Part shown: positions 1 through 12,330 of the stretch, piece by piece | How the letters are laid out: each line of letters begins with the position of its first letter | Position numbering within the stretch: the stretch's first letter is position 1 | Origin: Carcharhinus longimanus | Lineage: Eukaryota | Assembly: GCA_030264375.1 (NCBI GenBank) | Contig: JASCQW010000099.1 | Span: forward strand, 52,897,722-52,961,721 | DNA length: 64,000 nucleotides | Reading direction: 5' to 3' | The notes under the pieces: model-generated | Told to the model about the DNA's origin: nothing | What the model saw: only the letters and a program-made list of their open reading frames with translations | Database searches by the model: none | Position numbers and translations under genes: made by a program

Positions 1-199
1 TCGCCACACTCTGGCACCTGTCTGGGTACACTGAGGGAGAATTTAGCATGGCCAATGCATTTAACCAGCACATCTTTTGGATTGTGGAAGGAAACCCACG
101 CAAACACAGAGAATGGGCAGACTCCGCGTAGACAGTGATCGAACCAGGGTCTCTGGCGCTGTGAGGCAGCAGTGCTAACCACTATGCCACCATGCTGCC
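1..199 (-). mobile_element. V-SINE (HE1-like head, second tail type), truncated by window edge
   Basis: Reverse complement of the tRNA-derived head (...gtggttagcactgctgcctcacagcgccag...) and ...gctaaattctccctcagtgtacccagacaggtgccagagtgtggcga. Confidence 0.85.
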
Positions 200-1380
200 A
201 CACTCCATCGTCATGAGAACGTAGGCAACTGACAGTGTAGCTCACCATGAGCCACTCAGCCACTCAGGAACTTTCAATTCAGCTCAATGATATCATAAGA
301 ATGAAGGCTCCAATATTGCATCTACAATCCTACATATGGGAACCACTTTTAATTAACTGAATTACAGTTTTAAAATCTGAAAACAGAAAACCAGTATTAG
401 CAAAAGTTCACCAATTGAGTGAAAGCTTCCATCATTAAATGACTTGGCCTGCATGTGATTCCAAGCATATACCAACATAGTTGACTTAACTGCCGTCTCA
501 GACAGCCTAGACAGTCATTCAGTTCATCTGTGGGACCACGGGGGAAGACAATAAATGTATCCAATGATCCAGAAAATAAATGGTTGACAGTCAACAAGAG
601 AAATGTACCTTGGACTCAATCTTCAAAAGTACCTGCAGATATAGTCTGCTTGCTAAAAATCACATGAGAGGCTGCTAATCTTTGGGTTGTAGGAAATTGT
701 TTGCAATAATATAAAAACTCTCAGTGCACAACCAATCTTAAAGGGGGAAAGCTGTGAGGTCAGGGGCTGTAGTACTGCAATCCTCTGCCAGCTTCTGAAT
801 GGGTCCCACCCAGCGCACCTCCTCCTTTTGTCACAGACTTCCAACTCAACCAGTCCATGGAACAGTCTAATTTCCATTCCCTGGTTTGACGAAGAGCTGT
901 CAGCTCACTAAGCGGTTGGCAGCTCCCCCAAATTACGACTGAAGACCCCCCAAGCCTAAGATTGGTTCCAGCCTTCTGTGACCAATTTAGGCAGGTGGTG
1001 CAGTCACTCTTGCCAAACCCATACCAACTGTGGATGAGAGCTGATCCCATCATTTCATCGGAAAGTCATGCCACCGGTCGATTAAATTATTCTTCCCTTT
1101 TCACTCAAGATATACAAAATGCCCAATGTTTGGGCATAGAAATCACTGACTTTGCCTTCCACACAGATTTTCACAAGCAGTTCAATTGTCTTCAACAAAG
1201 GAAAATGAAACAAGACAGAACAACTGGTATCGCTCTGGGCACTGGAGAAGACAAGTGCAAAACAAGCAGCCCTGTCGACCCTGCACGTGCTTCCTTCCCT
1301 GACATCTGGGGGCTAATGCCAAAATTGGGGGAGCTGTCTTCCCGCCTAACAGCGGGTCAACCCATAGCATGCGTTTCAAA

Positions 1381-1452
1381 AAGGCAGCTCACCACCACCT
1401 TCTTGAGGGCAAATCGGGATGGGCAATAAATGCTGGCCAGCCAGCGATGCCA
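1381..1452 (+). mobile_element. 3' tail fragment of an elasmobranch LINE/SINE (SacSINE1/CR1-L2-like)
   Basis: aaggcagctcaccaccaccttcttgagggcaaatcgggatgggcaataaatgctggccagccagcgatgcc matches a recalled abundant shark retroposon tail. Confidence 0.65.
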
Positions 1453-1967
1453 ATTTGCCACAGATTTGATTCTGTTCAACAGCGTGAGGGTTAATAATTT
1501 TCAACATGCATGAAGAGATTCAATTAATACTAATGAAGAGTGCAATTATTTCAATTTATACCACTGATTAATTGGGAAACACAATGAATATCAATAGAAT
1601 AAACAAACATGACAGCCAAACCTTTAATCAAGTGAATGATCATTAGTCAATTAAATTTGTAATCGATTAATATATATAGTCAGTTGATCACCTCGTTTCA
1701 CCCCAATAAACAACAAGGCTGTTTCCGATTTCAGCCAAAGGGGAATTTTAGTTCCATTTTGCCAGACAAATGACCACCAAAACCCTCATTTAAATAACAT
1801 TTCACTGCATAAGTTATTTTTGGCTTTTTTGAAACTACATGGTCTGAATTTCTTCACGTATTCAATCTGACCGTAATTTTACAAACTCTTATAGACACAT
1901 TCACAGACCTTCCGCTGTATTTCTCCGTTACAAACAATCTCACGCGGCAAAATTCAGCCAAAACCAT

Positions 1968-2112
1968 GGGTGGGATTCTCCGGCACCCCCCTCACCGCAT
2001 CCCAAGACTGGAAATTCCCACCTAAGCTCAATGGACGTTTGAATGGTCTGCCCAACTTTCTGTCTCGCCTGCTACGAATTGCGCGGGGGATGAGACGGGA
2101 GAATTTAAGACC
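1968..2112. mobile_element. ~140 bp MITE (Harbinger-type family)
   Basis: Ends gggtgggattctcc...gggagaatttaagacc. The interior is the reverse-complement homolog of copies at 23705, 30541 and 34016. Confidence 0.65.
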
Positions 2113-2239
2113 ATGACTTTTATTTGGCCACAGAATTGGTTTCATCAAAGCAACTGGCCACAACAAGATGGAGAATACCAAATTTGTAATACTGTCACAG
2201 GTACTTACTTACACAAGATAGCAAAAATTTTGCGTGGAA

Positions 2240-2750
2240 CTTCATGTTCCATGAGTTTGAAAACAATGGAGGGGGTGGGTTTGATCCCAGTGAGGGAGGG
2301 TGCAGCGTGGGAATGCCATCACCTCCCCAAGGCCCCCTAGGAAAGCTTGTTGGGTTTGCCAGTGGTTGATCAGGAGGAGCCCCTCAATCACTGGCATTCT
2401 GTGCCTGATCAAGAGACCTGCCATAAGGGAGGGTCCTCTGCAAGACGCCAAATCCCTGCCACTGAGGTCAATCCCATTCCCCCTGCCCTGGCTGGCAACC
2501 TCTCCCCCTGATCCCTATCCCACTCACATTCACCTATATCTCGGGATCCATGGCCACCCACTTCTGAGTGTACTACTGGCCACCACTCTTGGTACTGGAG
2601 CAACCAGTTTCTAATTAGTGGGCAACTCTTAGGGAGCAGGTTTTTCTGCCCTACTAGGGACTGAATCAATTGGGAAGCCGGACACTGTCTAGGGAAGTGC
2701 CTGAATATCTTGAAGTAACGTCCCTTCTGTCTCAGCTTTGCATTTGCTCT
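2240..2750. mobile_element. GC-rich degenerate interspersed repeat, probably a non-autonomous DNA transposon
   Basis: GC-rich island; its reverse complement shares patches (ccctaagag.tg.c..c.aat...) with the element at 27690-28430. Confidence 0.4.
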
Positions 2751-2807
2751 CCCCTGATTCCGTATTGCATTTAGGAGCACAAAACATAGGAGGAGNNNNN
2801 NNNNNAA

Positions 2808-3220
2808 GCAGTCGGGGCTTCGAGCCGTCTGTGATATACGATAACAGCATGGCTGATCTTCTTGTAATCTCAACTCTCCACTTTGCGGTTTGCCCCCCCC
2901 CCCATAACCTAAACTCCCTTGTCTATCAAAAATCTATCTAACCAAATCTTAAATTCATTGAACCAGCTTTCACTGTTCTTTGCGGGAAAGAGATCTGCAT
3001 ACTAATAACCCTTTGCGAGAAAAGATTTCTCCTTAACTCCGTCATGAAAGGGAGAACTCTTATTCTTAAAATATTACCCCTAGTTCTCGTCTCTCTCACA
3101 AGGTGAATCAGTTTCAGTATCCACCCTGCCAAGTTCTCTCAGGATCTTCTATACTTTGATAAAATCACTCCTCATTCTTCCAGTGGGTATAGGTCCAAAC
3201 TATTCAACCTTTCTCCTATG
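2808..3220 (-). mobile_element. CR1/HER1 LINE 3' fragment
   Basis: ORF 2938-3132(-) ...TRTRGNILRIRVLPFMTELRRNLFSQRVISMQISFPQRTV is a decayed CR1 ORF2 C-terminus (TRGH...RRNFFSQRVVxxWNSLP). Confidence 0.85.
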
Positions 3221-3258
3221 GTCCATCCAGCTTTGCACCAGTTTTGCTACTTAAATAT

Positions 3259-3455
3259 AGGTTGGATAGATTGGCCATGGCAAATTGCCCCTTAGTATCC
3301 CACTATTAGATTAGATGGATTAGCCATGTGAAATGTGTGAGGTTATGGGGATAGGATGGGGTAGAGGATGTGGGTAAGCTACTCTGTCAGACCGTCAGTG
3401 CAGACTCAGTGGGCCGAATGACCTCTTTGGCACTGCAAGGATTCTATTCTATGAA
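3259..3455 (+). mobile_element. HE1 SINE, 3' half
   Basis: gattggccatggcaaattgccccttag...gggccgaatgacctctttggcactgcaaggattctattctatga, homologous to the 3' part of the 4914 copy. Confidence 0.8.
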
Positions 3456-4913
3456 TAATACATTCAAGTATAAATAAAAAATGGCCAGAGTGCTCGACAT
3501 TAAAATGAGGATGGGATTGTATTTGGGTGCCCCAATCCAATTATGGCATTTTGCATGGCTTGCCCATCCTGCCACTGCCTATTGCCACTGTGGGGGTCTC
3601 ACTTTCAGCAGGACCAGAAGATCCTGCCATTGGGAAGGATGGAAATCCCATCCATTATTTACAGACATATCAACCACAAAAGTTTCTAATTTTAATGCGC
3701 TGTAAATCTGATAAATAAGTTTTTGGTCTCATGGAGAAAATGAGATGGTGATCAAAAGGATGATCAAAAATATTTTGAACCGTTATTTTGTTATTTTGCC
3801 AATTTATTCCTGATTATCATTCAAGATTGCTTATTTTCATATCACTTTAGTGCTTTTAACTGAACATTTATCTATATCCTTTCTGCTACCCAATTGGAGA
3901 AAACATATCGAAGGAAAATTGCTTTATTTTCTTAAATTTGGTAATCATCTGTGTAAAGTTGATTAAACATTGTAAATCTAGCTGAATATGGCATTGGCTT
4001 TTATCTCTCCAATAAAATTCATCCTTTTCTGAACATTNNNNNNNNNNNNNNNNNNNNNNNNNNNNNNNNNNNNNNNNNNNNNNNNNNNNNNNNNNNNNNN
4101 NNNNNNNNNNNNNNNNNNNNNNNNNNNNNNNNNNNNNNNNNNNNNNNNNNNNNNNNNNNNNNNNTGCTTTTCATTTAAGACAATGTGAAGCTTTCTTTCT
4201 AGTCGTCTGGCTAGAAGCTGACAAAATGCATCACACTCGAGGTTGGCAAGAGTCAAGTGTCAGGTGGCCCTTGGGCTCTAACCTGCAACCTCTGAATCCT
4301 TATCACTAGACCACTCGGTTATTCTCAATACATCTTCCCCAATCAATACTTGCTAATTTTGTTCCAGAAAGACTGTCCTCTTAAAATATGAACTCAAATT
4401 GTAACATTACCCACGTAAAAAATGCCATGTTTTCAATGATTTCAACAATGGGTGGATGCATATTTAATATGCGAGCTGCAACTTCTGTTTAACTTTTTGT
4501 TTTGGGGAGGGAGGAGAAAAAATGTTGAGTGTCTGTGTGGACACAGACACCATTAGATCTGAAGTGAATTGGATAAAGAGCTGTACAAAATGATTATCCA
4601 AAGCTTATTCTGCTGTCACTCTTCTGTTTAAATAGCACTTTTAGAATTAACATAGAAATAGCCTTTGGAATGTTAATCTTCCAGTATGATTCTTTATGAA
4701 CTCAACACGGATTCAAAATGCTTCTTTTCATTACTTTTGTAGCATCTCGGGAAAAAACACATTAGTCAATATTTCTTTCCATGTCCGTACCGGGGTTTGC
4801 TAACCTTCACGAGCAATTATTTTCTATGCTAGCATGAAGCAAATGGAATTAGAACAGCGAAATTGTGCATTAGAAATAAAACCTAGCATGCACTGCCCGT
4901 CCAACTCAAAGCT

Positions 4914-5308
4914 GCGTCACAGTGGCACAGTGGTTAGCACTGCTGCCTCATAGCGCCAGGGACCTGGATTCGATTTCCGGCTTGGGTCACTGTCTGTATG
5001 GAGACTGCATATTCTCCCCACGCCTGTGTGGATTTCCTCCATGTGCTCTAGTTTCCTTCCACAGTCCAAAGATGTGCGGGTCTGGCAGATTGGCCATGCT
5101 AAATTGCTCCTTACTGACAGGTGCACTAGCTAGGGTAAATGCATGGGGATAGGGCCTGGGTGGGATTGTGGTCAGTTCACACTCGATAGGCCGAATGGCC
5201 TCTTTCTGCACTGTAGGGGTTCTATGATTCTATGAATAGGGGATTTTCACAGTAACTTCATTGCAGTGTTTATGTGAGCTTACTTGTGACGTTAATAAAT
5301 AAATAAAC
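4914..5308 (+). mobile_element. Full HE1 V-SINE followed directly by the second-type SINE tail
   Basis: tRNA-like A/B boxes (tggcacagtgg; gattcgattt), V-domain, HER1-type tail ending ttctatgattctatga (5235), then taggggattttcacagtaacttcattgcag...aataaataaataaac. Confidence 0.9.
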
Positions 5309-8300
5309 AAATTGGTATAAGGCAAGCTTGAGGATGAATACACTTGTAGAGCTTTCCTCTGGCCAGAATAACTGAGGTTTCAGCCAGGCAATTCACCATG
5401 CATACTGGCTAGCTAAAATCCAAACAGCAGCGACTGATTTGATATTGGCAGTGGCAGTCTGATTACAGTATTAAAGAGGTATAACTGTTCAGGAGGCGAT
5501 CGGTTGAGCAAAGTTTCTGGGGATAAAAATATCAACAGTATAATCAGCACAGTGAGTTTGTTGTAACCTTTTGCAGAACTTAAATTGTGTGGTTTCAAAA
5601 GGAGAGAATTGGTTGCAACTGCTACTATTAGGAAGGAAGCCTGACCGCATAAGAAAGTTCTGCTTTTCCAACATGCCTTTTAAGAGCAAAAAGAATTTGC
5701 ATTCTCAGTTACTAATACGTTATTGATGTCACTGCAGATTGGTCCACTGATACATCGATTTAACATTGCCAGTTTTTGAGTACAGACCAGTAAACTAATC
5801 TATCCATCTTTGGGTTAAAAAATAGCAACCAAATACTGTACAACATGTTAGACTACTGGAGAGGCGAACTTGGTATTTGCACTGAAACCAAAGTTTTGGC
5901 AGTACACTCATTCATTACACACTACTGTTGTGATGTCACTCAATATATCCTGTATCCACTGTGCATTACCACAATGACACCATCTGGTGTCTTTCTAGGA
6001 TGGGTGACTGCAGAGGCAATGACACAAAATGCTATACTTAGTAGTCACCAAGTTTAACAATATGTCTGCCTGTGTTCCTGTCAGCTTATTTCCTGCTACT
6101 TATACCTCGCTCAGTGTAAACTTAACAGAGCTAACCCACATCGCTCAGTTTATTTTCCAGAAAATTAACTCCAAACTAATTAATGATTTAATCAAATTGG
6201 ATCAAATTAAAAATTGTAAATTATATTTCAAAAGCCTGAAAAAATTGACCATTTACAATGAACAAATATTGCTTTCAAACAGTAAAGAATGACCATGAAG
6301 TGCTTCTGATGATAATGAAAGCTGTCGAGCCCTCCTGCTTATCAAGGATTCACCAAAGAAAAAGTACACATTGTTAACATTAAATCCCTATAGGGGACCT
6401 GAAATAGCTTTCACTTAGCATTCCATTTTAATTGCTCGGCTGAAATAATTCCAATCTGTTTTTTTGGCGTGCCACTAATTAAAACTGCAAGATTACACAG
6501 AGAAAAATAAATACATCATCTCTGCTTGAAAATGAAAGTTTTCTTGAATGACAAATATTTTTAATCAGAGCCATATGCACAGGAGCTTGGAGGGCGAGCT
6601 TAATCTCAAAACCACTCCAGCAGCATAAAACAATTCAGTGAGTTATAATTAATGTCACAGTCATAACAGCAAGCTCAAGCCACTGTTTTTCTTTCTACTT
6701 AAGGAGAAATAACTAGCTGTTATCTCTGTGCCTGCAGAGCCTCCCCATTGTAGATTCAATAATACAAGAGGTTTCTTATCACCATTCGAGGTGAATGATT
6801 GTAACTGTGATATGTTTAGACAATGTGTTGTATTTAACCCAATTTACAGGTGCCCCAGCTTGGCCACAGCAGTAAACACTGGGGACTAATAGGGAATTAA
6901 ACATGTACAATAGACTAACTCCATTTACTCTCAAAACTGAAATGCATTTAGTAAACTCACTTAAAGAGACAGCAGCCTCCTTCAGGGCATGTGCTGTCAT
7001 TTGTTATTTTCATCATGGGGGAGGGGGAAAATCTGCTTTTGGTTGCATTTATCTTATCTGGTGTGGTGACCAAGTTTGTCGCTACAGCACTCCACAGTTT
7101 TTTTTATTTTGTCGCTCAAATCTGCCCATTAAAAAAAAAGATCATGTTTCTTCATGCACAAGAGCTGCTCATCCAACTTTGTCCAAAGAGCAGGGGAGAA
7201 AATAAAAATCTGCGGCAACCCCACTTCCATCTCAACCTGCTCAGGAAATTCCTACGCCAAACATCAGTTAGCAAAGCAATAACTGCAAGACAAATCTAAA
7301 GTGTGAGATTCCCACTAGGCTTTGATTTTTCAGGGGTGTTAAACGCTGCCTACACGGGCCTTCAAAAAAAATGCGTTTTCTAACGCTGCAATATCACGGA
7401 AAAAAATATATTGCCAGCGGAATCAAAGGAGACGATTTATGATTTCATTCCGATTGACGGCCGATTAAATTAAAACAGATCAGTGTTGCAATTCTTAGGC
7501 AGGTGGCTCTAGTCCGGTGACAGCCTCAGAACTATTAAATTGGTGCAGAGATGGAAAGCCTTCCGCTTGCATTCACGCACTTACTGATCAAACTGTGACA
7601 AATGAGATGTTACTGCTCTTGTAAAGCAAGGCTACAATCTGTCAAACCTGAACATAATTTGTGACCCTCTGTGACATCTTTTTTTTCCCTTCTTAGTTTG
7701 AATATGGGAACAGTTGCAGAATTCCCCAATACACAGCGCGTCGGGAACACAATCTAATGCGCTGACGCAAAAATGCTAACTTTGAGCCGCTGAGCTATTC
7801 AATGATATTAATAATCTGACCAGGTTTGATACAATGGCGTTTATAAATTATTACGACTCCGTATCCTACCCAGCATTTCTGAAATTTCTAATCACCAGTA
7901 ATTCTAGTGGGACGGTCGCTAATTTCCATTAACAGCTGTCAGCTTGCCATGTTTTGAAATAGATTTGAGGCACCTTAACTCTGCTAAAAGCAGTTTTTAT
8001 TTCCTTAACTTATTTCCCCTTATTTCATGAAGTCAGGTTCCCATCTGGGTGATTCAGATGGTATTACCTCAGCAGTACACAAAAAAAAAGAGCTGCTGGA
8101 GTAAGTGACTTCAAATTCTAATAGCTGGATTTATCATGGCAGATAAAATAACTGTACAAGAAGAAACATCCTTCCAGGTGCAGCTAGCATAGTTTGCATG
8201 ATGGATAACCTAACATGTATAGAAAGGCTACTGGAATACTGTGTCCGTATTTGGCAAATGGTGCTGTAATGTGCACTAATCCAGTCTATCACGATGAACT

Positions 8301-11300
8301 TTTGAGCCAGCTTTTGAAATGCCCAGACATCAGGAGCTGTCATCAGTCTTTTGTTCTCCCCTTTATGCATTAAGAGCTCTGGTCAGTGCACTGAGAAGAA
8401 GCCTACACCCTGCTAACCTTGCCTATTAAAGGCAGGGTCTTAACAGCTGTCTAGAGTGCTAAGAGGTCACAAACACTGTTTGCTATGCCAACAACTACTA
8501 CTCATCCCTGGTGAGCACGCATGAGACTCCCGGTCAGGCTGGTGTCAAAAGTGCATTGCAGGCATTTGCAGTTGTTAATGCTTTAAGAGGAAAGGAAGAC
8601 TATGTTGTGCTAACAAGCTATTGTACGAAGCAATAAAGTATCGCATTTTCCTGCAGCCATCAAAATCTTATTAACTCATGACCCATTTGTCTGCTCTTCA
8701 GCTTTCTCACTGTTACACTTACTAATCCGAGCTTCTTAAAAGGTTACTTGAGAAACTATGTGGGATATTTTGTGATTGATACCATGTAGAACTGTTGTGT
8801 AATAACAAAACAATGTAAGGAGCAGAGTGTGTCCATATAATTCTCTTGCCTTTGCATTTGCAGTCATACACAAATCTGTACGGGCAGGAAAATATTGAGT
8901 TATCTTGGTTAAAAAAAAATCTGTCTGGATTGAATAGTAGGCATTACAAGTCATAACCATTTTAATGAACAATTTATTCAGAGGCAATCAAAGTATTGAC
9001 ATCAAATTATCATACACTATGTTTAACCAGAGCCAATGTTAAGATTACCATGCAGAGATCACCACATTCCACTTGTGTCTTGTGACAACATTTTGACACT
9101 CGGAATGCAGAACCAGAGGTCTTAGCCAGAGCTTCATTTGCTACTGGAAGGTTAATCTTATCTCCATACTTTAGCAATTCCCATATATAGCCCAAATTAG
9201 ACATTTAAACAGCTTGTGGGGCTTAGGTGAATATTTTAGGCAGTGATATGACTACTTTCCTTTCACAAATCAGTTAAAACTTTCTGAGAGGCTACATTAT
9301 TCAAAGTGTGCACGGGTTTACTGTGCTTGTGTACATAAAGGGCATTGTTCAAAACGCAAAAAAGGAAATAAACACCTGACTGTAAAGATGAAAGAATTGT
9401 GACGGCTTGCATTTATTGATGGCTCAATTCTGGCATAATATTTATACATTTAAACATTTCCTAGATTACATAATGGATTTTAAAATATCACCTAATATTG
9501 TATTTCAAGAAACAACACTACATAATTGAAGATCAAACCAAATTCATTACTTTAACCTTTAACTTTTAACTAAATCTGCTGAAAAAAATAGAATTATTAA
9601 GAATTGAAGGATAATGAGAGTTTGGCTAATATAGCTACAAATTGGGAATCTTAAGGCTGCTTAGGACTTGCCTTCAATGCTGCTCTTGAATTTATTTTAG
9701 CATTGCAAATTAATTATCATGAAAGTGGTTTCTCAAAATGGTAAACATGCTGGAGGACTGATCCGTCAGTAGTATAAAAATCAGAATTATCATTTGGATA
9801 TTCAAATTCCTATGCATACGTTTTTAATTATGTTTCTAAAGATCCAGTCCAATTCATCACTTTGCTTGTTTAAAGTTAACCTTGAAGTATTGTTTTTAAA
9901 GTTTTAGACTGTTGTTGGCTAACCACCTTCTGAAAGTGAAAGTTCTGCCTCTGTGGAAATTATTAATATAAAGCCACAGCAGATGAAGAAAAAAATAAAC
10001 TCTACACCTTTCCCAAATGTAAATACCATCATCTTAAAACTAATCAAAATACCTATAGCAACAGGATGAAAAATCTCTTAAGATGACCAAGGAATCAATA
10101 GAGACGTAATTCTGAGCCGTATTTACAGTGCTATTTTGCTTTGGTTCGTCATGGGCTCGCAAACCAGAGGCGACAATCTACATAAATGTAAGCAAACAGA
10201 GTGGAATTCAAGAATGCTTTGTCCATCTGCCACTAAGCTACATTCGGAATCTAAGGAACTATTTTATCATCTGGTGAATGGATGGTGGCTCCGGCAATGA
10301 TGAAGTTCATATAAAAATACACTAGCTGCCATATGTATTTCACTCTGATTAATATAGGTGACTTTTTAAATGTTAGTAAGTAAAAAAAAACTCGTGGCCA
10401 AGAAATCTAGCATTGATATTAATTGCATGATAAAATGTGTTTGTTGGGCTCCTTTGGTTGTTAACCAACAATAAGATTCCAAAATCTTGCATCTAAATAC
10501 CTGCAAATTTGGATGAATAGAATGCTTATTCTGCAAAAGATTTATTTCAGAAATTTAAGAACTTTAAAGCAATTGATCTATTTCAATAAAAGAAGGAGAT
10601 CAAGGCAATAGGTTCCAACCCTGTGCAAGCACAGAAGGCAAATGTTCAACTTACTTCACATTGGACACAAAATAATAAAAATATCTTTCGGCAGGGAAAT
10701 AGCGTGAGGGGATTAATTCTCCATTTCTGAATTCAAACGAGGAAGTTATTTTGGAAGGCAGCCAGTCAGAAGCGGCATTGTTTTAAATGCTACTTGTGGA
10801 GAGCGTGGTGCAGCTGGAAGTGACTCGTGTCCCTCGCTAGTTCCTCCCTGGAGACCTCTAAAGGGTACGAAAATATTCACCAACACTTACCCCTTAATTG
10901 TATTCAAGCTCCCAGAAGGCAACACTTGACAAAAATCACCATTAGCTCCTGACAGTACAACATGTTCAGGAAATGCTTACCTGATCAATAGTAAATCTAT
11001 GGGGACTTACTTTACAACTTTGGAATGGTTAAAAAAAATCTTCCTTTTGTCCAATATGGTAAAGTATGTAGTAGCATTTGTTTTTTTTCTCTCTTTTGCT
11101 TTTATCTACTAGAATTGCAAAAGGCCACCAGCTTGTCATTACAGAAAGCTTCTGCTAAATTAACAAGTAAATGTCAAAGAATGAGAACTAAAAAGATTCT
11201 CATATTAAATACTTATTTACATTTTGATTTTGGAGTTTCATAAATGCAAATGTGCTTTCCAACATAACTAAAGAAAACAACAAATAGGTACACAAATAAG

Positions 11301-12201
11301 CAAATGGCAATGAACCCCATGTATGTGAATAAGCTAAAACATTTGAGAAAGGACTTTCCTAAAAGATGAAGTAAAGGTTGACCGGAAATATTACATCAGT
11401 TACTTCTTCATCAATTTGTAATTGGAATGCCTCTATGTATTTTACTACGCAAATTGGTTTAGTCAGAAGCTATTCATGGCTGGTGCCTTTTTAAATTAAA
11501 ATGAGGTTTTAGGGTCTCTGCTTCATTGAAATGTCTAAAGTATAGCCGAAATGTCATTTTAGTGAAATGGAGATTGTACCATGTTTGGTAATGCGCAAGC
11601 ACAATGAAAAAGTAATCAAATATAGATGTATAGTTTACAATAAGCTCAACTGAGAGTGGCATTCATTCTTTAAAGTATGTTACATGGGGCCACTACATCA
11701 GCTGCATTTTCAAATAAAACGTCATTACTGCTCTGGTTCACTAACGTAGGTAACATCATGCTCCAACTGACTGAAGCATAAAATATGGTCCAAAATTTAG
11801 AACTTGCCTTTCTACGATTGCAGACACAAGAGTCCTGATTTCAGCCAGGTGGATGGGTGGAGTACCAAAACTCACCACAGCTGGTATGATTTTAATTCCA
11901 AAGCCATATCTATGCGTCATTGCTCAGCCTCCGCTGTAAATGGATGACATGTAGCAGCTGATCGATGAATGGGAGTGGAAATTTGGATGTCAAGAGGTCG
12001 CCAGCACTGAGGTAGGTTGTTGGGAAAGGGTTTTGGGAGGGTCCCGTGAGGGAGAAGTAGGGAAGCCCAGGGCAGCTTCTGCTGCTCCTAGACCTGCAAC
12101 GGAAGTAAAATATATGGACTTAGGTTAAGTCTGGATCTTCCCTCCTACTAACTTCACTTGACGGGAAAGCCATAACTGCTTCCCCTTCGGGCTAGAGTTA
12201 A

Positions 12202-12330
12202 AGGTCTGAATTCTCTGGTCTCACACTCCCTGCCTGGAGAACGGACAATTCGGCGCTCAGCCAAACCTCCTTTCAGAGCAGTGGGACCGGAGAATCCCAG
12301 CCACGGGCGAGGTCAGAGAATGCCGACCCC
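12202..12330. mobile_element. MITE (Harbinger-type)
   Basis: Imperfect TIRs ggtctgaattctctg...cagagaatgccgacc; sits inside a longer degenerate GC-rich repeat (about 11830-12500). Confidence 0.55.

Noticed and set aside
4914-4985. tRNA-like sequence with A/B boxes
   Set aside because: Head of a tRNA-derived SINE, repeated many times with V-domain and tails; not a tRNA gene.
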